Positions 20,509 to 28,203 of a DNA stretch of 64,000 bases are shown in pieces (positions within the stretch are counted from its first letter, which is position 1; each line of letters begins with the position of its first letter). Made by a program: the position numbers and the translations under genes. A model generated the notes under the pieces. It made no database searches. It was not told the origin of the DNA and saw only the letters and a list, made by a program, of their open reading frames with translations. The stretch comes from Mucilaginibacter sp. (GTDB lineage Bacteria > Bacteroidota > Bacteroidia > Sphingobacteriales > Sphingobacteriaceae). The stretch is from NCBI GenBank assembly GCA_965277245.1, contig OZ255719.1, forward strand, positions 2,894,076 through 2,958,075. The letters run 5' to 3'.

Positions 20509-20931
20509 TTAGATCTTAAAATGCAGTTCAACTTCATTTCCTATCGTATTAAACGTGCACTGGTCCGAAAGTTGTTTTACGATAAATACGCCGCGGCCGG
20601 TTAGGTTCTCCAGATTCTCTTCTGCAGTTGGGTCGGGCAGGTGGTTGTAATCGAAACCCGGGCCCTCATCTGTTACGGTCCATATCAGGCGCCTTCCCTC
20701 AACCTCTACATTAACAATTACTGTTTTATCTGCATCAAATTTATTGCCATGTGCAATGGCGTTCATTACAACCTCGTTAAGGCAAGTCATCATGTTGGCA
20801 AAAGTATCTTCGCCAACCTGGTAAATGTCGGCAATTTCTTCAATTAAGTTTTCCAGCTCAACAATGCTCTCCGCTTTTGACGGAAGCTGCAACGTATAAA
20901 GCTTAGCGCCCTGTATATTAGCCTCATGCAT
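20509..20931 (-). CDS. HATPase_c (RsbW/anti-sigma-factor-like) ATP-binding protein
   Basis: 'LNEVVMNAIAHGN', 'VTDEGPGFD', 'GRGVFIVKQLSD'. ATG at 20931 follows the upstream stop after 1 nt. Confidence 0.85.
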   Translation of the reverse strand: MHEANIQGAKLYTLQLPSKAESIVELENLIEEIADIYQVGEDTFANMMTCLNEVVMNAIAHGNKFDADKTVIVNVEVEGRRLIWTVTDEGPGFDYNHLPDPTAEENLENLTGRGVFIVKQLSDQCTFNTIGNEVELHFKI

Positions 20932-20932
20932 A

Positions 20933-23900
20933 CTATTTGCCATTAATTTGATCAAAATATTTTTTAACCTTTTGTTTGTAATATAAATTTAGCTCGGGCG
21001 ATACGGTTTTCAGCTGTTCTGTTTGTTTTGTTTTTTGCTGCTGATAATTTTGTAACGCTTTAATGTAACCCGGCGGTATCTCCTTACCCGCCTGGCTTAG
21101 CCGTTGTTTATCCTGCTCACGTTCCTGTTCTGCTTTTTCTGCTTCCAGCAATCGGGTCTGTATTTGCTGTTGCCTTTTAAGCGATTCCTCATTTATACGT
21201 CTGTTTACGAGATCGTTTTCAGTTTGTTCCATTTGTTTGGCAATTTTATCCAGATTGCCTGCGCCGCTGCCATCTTTAGTTGCCTCGCGGTTATATTGTT
21301 CCAGCGATTGTCTTATCATTTGCTGCTGGCGCGCCATTTTTGCCAGTTGTTCGCTTTGCCCTTGCTGCCCTTGGCCGGACTTTCCAGGATTTTGCCCTTG
21401 CTGTTGCATTTGCTCACCCATTTGCTGCATGTTTTTGTTTAACTGCTGCTGCATCTGGCTCATTTGCTGCATACTGCTTTTACTTTTTTTCCCTTTACCG
21501 CCCTTCGCATTTTTCATGGCATTTTGCAACTGATCCAGCACCTCATTCAACATCAGTGCCAAATTGTTCATAGCTGTCATGGCGTATTGTTGGTTTCGCG
21601 TAGCTTCGGGTGTGCGCCTGTCTCCTAAATTATCAATTGCTTGTGTAATATGGTCGTTTATAGCTGCTATTTCTGTATTTACTGTCGACTGTATTTGAGG
21701 CACTTTCTTGCTTAAAGAATATAAACTGTCTTCGGCGGTTTTTAAATTGTCCTTTATGTCTTTTTGCTGCTGCGAAAGCGCAACATAATTCGGGTCCGAC
21801 GCATTGGTTGACCTAAATGTTTGCATTAGTTTCTCTTGCGCGAATGAACTGTTCACCAGGTTTTTAAGCAATTCGCGAAGCTGTCTTGCATCAAGGCTGG
21901 CCTCCTCGCTTTCCTGCTCATCTGCATCTTGTTTCAATTTGCGGCCCATTTGCTGCATAGATTCTGCCGCTTGTTTTTGGGCATCGGCCGCCTTTTTCAT
22001 GTTATTTTTTTGCAACTCTTTAGCGGCCTGGTCCATTTGCTCGTCGGTTTGCTGCTCTTGTTTTTTAGGTTCGCCTATTTGTGGCTGGCCGTTTTGCGCT
22101 GCTGTTTTTTCTAAGTCGCCGAGCGATTTTTTTATGTCCTGAAATTCCCCTTTTATTTTTTCCTGCTGCCGGCCAATGTCTTGTTTATTGGCTTGCTGTT
22201 CTTTGCTTTGGTCGGCAAGCTTCTGCTGCTGATCTGCCAGTTGATTAAGCTGATCTATTTGTTGATTTAACTTTTGTTCAAAGTCGAGTTTCTTATAAAG
22301 CTCCAGCATACGGTCCAGCTCTTTTTTCATCGACTTATTATCGGTCTGCATCTTTTGCAATTCATCACGCGTGCCATCTTTTTGTTCTTGCTGCATCAAC
22401 TCCTGTAGCTTCTCCATCATTTCGCGCGTTTTTGGATCGAGGAGGTTTTGCAGCAGCTTATCCATTTGATTTTGCATTTGGGTTATTTGTTCCGGCTGCC
22501 TTTGATTTTGCTGGCGGTTGTACAAATTCTTCTGGTTATCTTCTTGCAATTGCTTTACCAAGTCATTCAATTCTTTGCGCTTGTTCAGCAGATCTTCAAC
22601 CTGCTTTTTTTCATCGAAAGAGAGGTTGTTCTTGTTTAATAAGTTTTGGCTTAGCTGCCGTGCTTCACGTTCCAGCTGGGCGGCTATCTTCGCGGCCGAT
22701 TCCATTTTTTGTTCAACTTCTTTGGTGCCGGTGTTCAGTTCGGCGGCTATCTGCTGCTGTGTAGGCATCTTCAATTCCTGCCCGGCAGTACGCGCTGTTT
22801 TAGGCCCGTTAACTGCATCATTATCGGCAACTTCAAAATAATAACTAATTTGGTCGCCTGGCTGTGCTTTCAGATCCTTTAAATTCCAATAATGAAAAAA
22901 ATCTGACTGAGTGTGGCTAAGATCGGCCTTAACCGGCTGTGAATAAGAAATCTCTTTACCGGTTTCGGCAGATTTAACTTTATAATGAAACTTCAAAGCG
23001 CTAAAACCATGGTCGTCCTGAATTTTGCCGTTAAAATAAAGGGCTTTTGTACTTACCGAATCTTGTTTCTGTTCAGCGGTAATTACCGGTATCTCATCGG
23101 CAATGATGGTGATATGGTAAGCCGCTGAATCTGTGGTATTGACAACTTTATTTACGGGCTTTAAATTGTAAGAGGCCTGTTTTATAATGCGTGCGCTAAA
23201 ATTAAATTCATTATTTGCTGTTTGCTGCAGCGCATATTTCTGGCCATTCAGCGTAAAAAAAACCTGATTTGCATGTTGTGTGTGCAACGTCCAGTTAACC
23301 ACTGTACCGGCGGGGATGGTGAGATCTCCGGCGTTGCTTATAGTTTCATTTTGCTTATGTAAATATGCAGGATAATTTAATGCCGCATCAAAACGTAATA
23401 AAGAAGGCCTGGCGTTTACAATAAGTATATATTTTTGCGATGAATAACCACCACCGCTTAATTTGAAAACAGTATTTTTCTGCAGGTTGCTAAATTGATA
23501 GCTAAATTTACTAAGCGATTGTTTATCGAGCTTAAAGGTATGATCTTCGGTCTCGATATAAATAGCCGATGGAAATTGGTTGCCCTGAAGTTCGATGTTC
23601 AATTTTAGGTCATCGCCTTGTGCCGCATTCAGGGTGCTATTAACCACAACAAATCTGAAGGGTGCAACCGGCGCAAAATATTCATTATGTTTTATTAACC
23701 TGCGCGTACTTTCTGTTAACACCGCAGGTGCAGCCAGCGCAATAATTATAATAAATGTAAGTGGTGCCGCGATCCATTTAAGGTGCTTTACATTGTCGCG
23801 GATGTTTACCGCTGTAGGGAAACGGACCGGCCTTAAGGTTTCAATTTTTTGATCGATACTTGCTTCAATCAGTTGGCGGTGGAGCGGGCTTGCGTCTGCC

Positions 23901-24259
23901 AGGGTTTTTAATTGCAGGGTATTTAAGAGTTTATCATGGATCTCTGTAAAGTGTTTACCAATAATTTTGGCGGCCTCGTTATGCCCAATGGTGTTACCCA
24001 GCTTAAGCCATGCTAACAGAGGGGGCAGAACAAGCCGGGCAATTATTGCCAGATTAAGAATTATAAACCCGTAAAATATAAGGGAGCGTAAGAATGTAGT
24101 AAAATGGCCCAGATATTCGCCAAGCGTGGCTAAAATGTAGCCCGAAAACAGCACGGCAGCCCAAAAGATCAGGCCGCGAAGCAGCTTGTTGATATAATAT
24201 CTGCGGATAAATACATCTATTTTTTCTATCAATAAATGGTAGTTTCCTTCGGTGTGCAT
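20933..24259 (-). CDS. large DUF4175-like membrane-anchored coiled-coil protein
   Basis: 1108 aa: N-terminal TM helices, Ig-like middle ('YYFEVADNDAVNGPK'), Q/E/K-rich coiled-coil C-terminus. Confidence 0.75.
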   Translation of the reverse strand: MHTEGNYHLLIEKIDVFIRRYYINKLLRGLIFWAAVLFSGYILATLGEYLGHFTTFLRSLIFYGFIILNLAIIARLVLPPLLAWLKLGNTIGHNEAAKIIGKHFTEIHDKLLNTLQLKTLADASPLHRQLIEASIDQKIETLRPVRFPTAVNIRDNVKHLKWIAAPLTFIIIIALAAPAVLTESTRRLIKHNEYFAPVAPFRFVVVNSTLNAAQGDDLKLNIELQGNQFPSAIYIETEDHTFKLDKQSLSKFSYQFSNLQKNTVFKLSGGGYSSQKYILIVNARPSLLRFDAALNYPAYLHKQNETISNAGDLTIPAGTVVNWTLHTQHANQVFFTLNGQKYALQQTANNEFNFSARIIKQASYNLKPVNKVVNTTDSAAYHITIIADEIPVITAEQKQDSVSTKALYFNGKIQDDHGFSALKFHYKVKSAETGKEISYSQPVKADLSHTQSDFFHYWNLKDLKAQPGDQISYYFEVADNDAVNGPKTARTAGQELKMPTQQQIAAELNTGTKEVEQKMESAAKIAAQLEREARQLSQNLLNKNNLSFDEKKQVEDLLNKRKELNDLVKQLQEDNQKNLYNRQQNQRQPEQITQMQNQMDKLLQNLLDPKTREMMEKLQELMQQEQKDGTRDELQKMQTDNKSMKKELDRMLELYKKLDFEQKLNQQIDQLNQLADQQQKLADQSKEQQANKQDIGRQQEKIKGEFQDIKKSLGDLEKTAAQNGQPQIGEPKKQEQQTDEQMDQAAKELQKNNMKKAADAQKQAAESMQQMGRKLKQDADEQESEEASLDARQLRELLKNLVNSSFAQEKLMQTFRSTNASDPNYVALSQQQKDIKDNLKTAEDSLYSLSKKVPQIQSTVNTEIAAINDHITQAIDNLGDRRTPEATRNQQYAMTAMNNLALMLNEVLDQLQNAMKNAKGGKGKKSKSSMQQMSQMQQQLNKNMQQMGEQMQQQGQNPGKSGQGQQGQSEQLAKMARQQQMIRQSLEQYNREATKDGSGAGNLDKIAKQMEQTENDLVNRRINEESLKRQQQIQTRLLEAEKAEQEREQDKQRLSQAGKEIPPGYIKALQNYQQQKTKQTEQLKTVSPELNLYYKQKVKKYFDQINGK

Positions 24260-24378
24260 TAAACAGCGGTGTGAATGCTAAAACGCGTATGGGTATGTGT
24301 GATTGTATTATACCTTAAATCTAATATACAATTAGCTAATTTAGCTGCGAGTAACAATATTAAAACGAATTTATTTAA

Positions 24379-24804
24379 ATGAACCATAAAAGATCATATA
24401 TTCTTGCAGCTGCATTGGTAACCGGACTAACTGCATGTAATACCAAAAGCACAACTACAACAGCTGATACAACTAAACGAATAGCAACAGTAACAAAAAC
24501 AGACAGTACCCATCTTTTAGGTATGTGGCTCGATGAGGAGATCAAGACCGAAAAAGGCGAACAAGTGGCTTATCAAATTGTAACGCAAGGGCCAAAAACC
24601 TTTATCCAGGTGATAACATTTAAAGATAAAAAGCTGAACGTGAATGATAACCCTGAGATTGGGCCATCTGCATTAACTGTAAAAAAGAAGGCAAATAACC
24701 GATATACAGATGATAACGGCGGAATTTATGTAATAGAAAAAGCCGGCGACTTGCTAATTTATGACCAAACGGGGTTTATTGCAAAATGCAAAAAGCTCTT
24801 ATAG
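24379..24804 (+). CDS. hypothetical lipoprotein
   Basis: Lipobox TGLTAC; 141 aa. Confidence 0.7.
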   Translation: MNHKRSYILAAALVTGLTACNTKSTTTTADTTKRIATVTKTDSTHLLGMWLDEEIKTEKGEQVAYQIVTQGPKTFIQVITFKDKKLNVNDNPEIGPSALTVKKKANNRYTDDNGGIYVIEKAGDLLIYDQTGFIAKCKKLL

Positions 24805-26142
24805 CTAATCTAAAGCAACTGCATCGGTGGTTCTGAAACGTTTTTGCGCAATCAGAAGCGATATAAGTAACAGCATGCCTATCACAAAAAAGGCATCCAA
24901 CACTAAAGCCGAATTGCGCATTTCGTGTGTTACCGCTTCCACAAACCCGAAAGTAAAGAGCCCTACCACTATTGATAGTTTTTCGGTAACGTCATAAAAG
25001 CTGAAATAAGATGCGGTGTCGGGAATGTTTGGCGGGATGAACTTCGAATAGGTGGAACGGGATAACGACTGTACGCCACCCATAACAATGCCTACCAAAA
25101 CAGCTGCTATATAAAACTGATTGGCGGTTGTTACAAAATAAACGCCAAGGCAAATAAACGTCCAAAAAGCAACAATACCAGTCAAGACTTTTACGTTGCC
25201 ATACCTTGAAGAAAGCCAGGCCGTGCCTGCGGCCCCTATAATAGCTACCACTTGTATAATCAGAATTATAGCAATCAGGTTTTCGTCGGGGAGCTTTAGC
25301 TCCTTAGCGGCAAAATTTGCCGCCACCAGCATAATGGTTTGTACACCAACTGAATAGAAAAAGAACGCCGGCAAGAACCGCTTAAGTAAAGGCAATTGCT
25401 TCACTTTTGCCCACACCTTGGCAAGCTCTTTAAATCCACCGCTAAATATATTGTATTGATGCGAGCCCGCATTGGGCACGCCCTTAGGTAACAGATAAAA
25501 GGGTATCAATGAGAAACCGATCCACCATACGCCCACTATTAAAAAAGAAATACGGGCAGCATGATCTTCTGTAATTCCTAAAGCATCATGTAATTCTACA
25601 ACAACCAGGCAAACAATTTGCACTACTATACTGCCTGCAAACCCGTAAATAAAGCCCTTTGCACTAACCGAGTCTTGCTTTTCTGTTGAGGCAATTTGCG
25701 GCAGATAAGAATTATAGAACACAAAGCCCCCGCAATAGCCAACAGATGCCAGGCCAAAACAGATCATCCCAAACTCGAAATTATCGAGCGTAAAAAAATA
25801 AAGCCCTGCGCAGGCCAAAGCACCAAGCCAGGTAAATGCCTGCAGATAAAACTTTTTATGGCCCTTATAATCGGCTATGGAAGTTAAAATTGGCAGCATA
25901 ATTACGATCAGCAAATAAGATACTGCGAGTATATAATTAGAAAGCACAGTGTTTACGTATTTGTGCCCGAAGAAAGAAACCGTGTCCCCATGTTTATTTG
26001 CCGTAATACCCACATAATAGGCCGGGAAAATTGTAGATGTGATCACCATGTTATATGCCTGGTTAGCCCAGTCGAACATGGCCCATGCCCATATGGTTTT
26101 CTTGTTGTTCTTAACGTTAAGTACAGTAACTTCTGCAGACAT
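24805..26142 (-). CDS. MFS transporter (UMF1/Atg22-like)
   Basis: 'WAMFDWANQAY', 'FYNSYLP', 'GGVQSLSRS.YS', about 12 TM segments. Confidence 0.9.
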   Translation of the reverse strand: MSAEVTVLNVKNNKKTIWAWAMFDWANQAYNMVITSTIFPAYYVGITANKHGDTVSFFGHKYVNTVLSNYILAVSYLLIVIMLPILTSIADYKGHKKFYLQAFTWLGALACAGLYFFTLDNFEFGMICFGLASVGYCGGFVFYNSYLPQIASTEKQDSVSAKGFIYGFAGSIVVQIVCLVVVELHDALGITEDHAARISFLIVGVWWIGFSLIPFYLLPKGVPNAGSHQYNIFSGGFKELAKVWAKVKQLPLLKRFLPAFFFYSVGVQTIMLVAANFAAKELKLPDENLIAIILIIQVVAIIGAAGTAWLSSRYGNVKVLTGIVAFWTFICLGVYFVTTANQFYIAAVLVGIVMGGVQSLSRSTYSKFIPPNIPDTASYFSFYDVTEKLSIVVGLFTFGFVEAVTHEMRNSALVLDAFFVIGMLLLISLLIAQKRFRTTDAVALD

Positions 26143-26145
26143 ATT

Positions 26146-26955
26146 TTATTTTATCCCGTAATGATCATTCATTAACTTCACGAATACAGAACCGGGCAAT
26201 ACTTTCTTTAATGTAGGCACAATTGTTTGGCCAATTGCGCCAACCAGGTAACTATGTGCCGGGCTGTTCTTGCCTATAATCTTTACAATCTGGGCTGCCA
26301 GTTTATCAGGGCTTGCGCCAATGCTTTCATCTTTTTCCATTGCCGCTACCGCTGCGTTAAACTCGCCTTCCAGCTTGTCGTTTTTTATGCCGAAAGCTAT
26401 TTTCTCACGATTGCCTGTAAAATCTGTTTTAAAATCACCAGGGTTTACAACTACTACCTTAATACCGGTATTTTGCAGCTCCATACGCAGGCTTTCAGAA
26501 TAACCCTCAATGGCAAATTTTGACGCGCTATATAAGCCCTGGTAGGGTAAGCCAAATAAGCCGGCAAGGGAGCCTATATTGATCACAAGGCCACGGCCTT
26601 GCGTTATCATCGTTGGTAAAACCGCGCTGCTTGTACGTACCACACCAAAAAAATTGACCTCGAACTGCTTTTTAGCAACATCAACAGGCATTGCATAAAG
26701 TGGCCCTGTAATGCCGTTGCCGGCATTGTTAATCAAAACGTCAATTTTGCCTTCGGCTTCTATTATCTTACTTATTGCTGTATTGACAGAAACATCATCT
26801 GTAACATCCAGTTCAACAGCTTTAAACGAAACAGATGTCATTTTACCTAAATTACGACCAGAGCCGTAAACCGTGTGGCCTTGCGCAGCCAACGCTGTTG
26901 CCGTGGCGAGCCCTAAGCCCGATGATGCACCTGTTACAAGAATTACTTTTTTCAT
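26146..26955 (-). CDS. short-chain dehydrogenase/reductase
   Basis: 'TGASSGLG', 'NNAG', 'YSASKFAIEG' (YxxxK). Confidence 0.93.
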   Translation of the reverse strand: MKKVILVTGASSGLGLATATALAAQGHTVYGSGRNLGKMTSVSFKAVELDVTDDVSVNTAISKIIEAEGKIDVLINNAGNGITGPLYAMPVDVAKKQFEVNFFGVVRTSSAVLPTMITQGRGLVINIGSLAGLFGLPYQGLYSASKFAIEGYSESLRMELQNTGIKVVVVNPGDFKTDFTGNREKIAFGIKNDKLEGEFNAAVAAMEKDESIGASPDKLAAQIVKIIGKNSPAHSYLVGAIGQTIVPTLKKVLPGSVFVKLMNDHYGIK

Positions 26956-27097
26956 TTTATTGGGTGTCTGATTTTACTGCAAGAAAAATTTGCATCGTAA
27001 AGATGCAAAAATATACGAAAGCAAAAAATCGAGTTCGGTTTTGCAACAAAAACGTTATTCATTGAAAATTCATAAAATACTTTATACATTAGCGTCT

Positions 27098-27172
27098 TGT
27101 TAAGTGCTTCGCATTTAACATTGTGATAAGGTTTAGGTAAAGCCCCCAAGCAGCGAGTGCAAGGGGGCTTTT
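27098..27172 (+). ncRNA. candidate small RNA, copy 1 (5' hairpin + conserved core + terminator)
   Basis: Hairpin TGTTAAGTGC-TTC-GCATTTAACA, core ATTGTGATAAGGTTTAGGT, stem AAAGCCCCC/GGGGGCTTT. Promoter-like TTG-N20-TACATTAG upstream. Confidence 0.55.
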
Positions 27173-27276
27173 ATTGTTAAAGCCGGAAAGTTTAAATCCT
27201 ATCGGGATGTTAGGTTTTTCTCACAAAAAAAACAGTCTAAAAATATATTTTCACAAATTTTTACGTTCATAAATGC

Positions 27277-27358
27277 AGTAGGTGCATCTGCACTTGCTAT
27301 TGTGATAAGGTTTAGGTTGAAGTCCCCAAGCAGCGAGTGTAAGGGGACTTCTTTTTTT
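27277..27358 (+). ncRNA. candidate small RNA, copy 2
   Basis: Hairpin AGTAGGTGCA-TC-TGCACTTGCT, identical core, stem GAAGTCCCC/GGGGACTTC followed by T7. Confidence 0.55.
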
Positions 27359-27444
27359 AACAAGCATATTACCCCATCCTCCTACAGGCCGGCCCGAAAA
27401 GGCAGCCAGGGTACAGATGTCTGAAGCGACAAATATTTTTTACG

Positions 27445-27482
27445 AAAAAGCCGTCTGCCCGATAATTAACGGACAAACGGCT
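27445..27482 (-). terminator. intrinsic terminator of nitroreductase gene
   Basis: Minus strand AGCCGTTTGTCCG-N8-CGGGCAGACGGCT followed by a U-tract. Confidence 0.75.
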
Positions 27483-27505
27483 CTGATATAAAATGCAAGT
27501 CTTTT

Positions 27506-28135
27506 TTAAATGCGGATAAACAGATCTTCTGCAGGTTTGCGAACCTTTGCAAATTTGCTGGTAGCATCATCTTCTGCACGGTAACCTATAGTGGCTATAA
27601 CAGAGGCGGTAACACCCTGTTCTTTTAGGCCCAGTATTTCGTCAAACTCTGCGGCGTTAAATCCTTCCATAGGGCAAATGTCAATTCCGAGTTCAGCAGC
27701 GGCTGCAACAAGAATACCTAAGGCAATATAGGCTTGCTTGTGCGACCATGCTAATTTTTGCTCATCGTTCATGTTGCTTAAAGCTCCTGTTAAATATTGT
27801 TTCATCCCATCCAAACTTTCGGCTGGTATGCCGCGTGTTGCAGCAATGTTGTTTATGTAATCTTGTACATAAGCATTATCAATAACAAGCTCCGCGGCAA
27901 ATACAATCACTTCCGAAGCATCGGTAATTTGCGGCTGGCCGTAAGCAACCGGCTGTAGCTTTGCCCGCGTTTCGGCATCTTCAACAACTATAATTTTATA
28001 ATGCTGCAACCCAAAAGAAGATGGCGCAAGCCTTACTGTATCGAGCAAAAGCTGCAGTTTATCTGCAGGGATTTTTTTTGCAGTATCAAATTTTTTTGTG
28101 GCATATCTCCAGGCCAGTTTTTCTAATAATGACAT
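27506..28135 (-). CDS. nitroreductase family NAD(P)H-dependent oxidoreductase
   Basis: 'WRYATKKFD', 'LAPSSFGLQ', 'DICPMEGF', 'IGYR'. Confidence 0.93.
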   Translation of the reverse strand: MSLLEKLAWRYATKKFDTAKKIPADKLQLLLDTVRLAPSSFGLQHYKIIVVEDAETRAKLQPVAYGQPQITDASEVIVFAAELVIDNAYVQDYINNIAATRGIPAESLDGMKQYLTGALSNMNDEQKLAWSHKQAYIALGILVAAAAELGIDICPMEGFNAAEFDEILGLKEQGVTASVIATIGYRAEDDATSKFAKVRKPAEDLFIRI

Positions 28136-28203
28136 AGTAATCAGTGGTTAATTTAGGCAAAACTAAATGTTTAAACATTTAACCGCGTCACGTTAAGGTA
28201 ATA

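Noticed and set aside
21104-22841. Cluster of overlapping + strand ORFs opposite the DUF4175-like gene
   Set aside because: Shadow ORFs from the Q/E/K-rich low-complexity coding strand; C/S/L/F-rich with no motifs. The same applies to the antisense ORFs over PSP1, mfd and metG.
26952-27149. 65-aa minus-strand ORF, and a 10-codon ORF (MLNAKHLTRR) antisense to sRNA copy 1
   Set aside because: Not protein-like, and the ATG is replaced by ATA in copy 2, so no peptide is conserved.
27100-27360. CRISPR array or type III antitoxin repeat interpretation of the tandem units
   Set aside because: Only two copies, each ending in its own terminator. There is no spacer periodicity, and no cas or toxN-like gene is nearby.
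27380-27412. SRP (4.5S) RNA-like motif CAGG...GCAGCCA
   Set aside because: It lacks the short stem with GNRA tetraloop between CAGG and AGCAG, and there is no long flanking helix.
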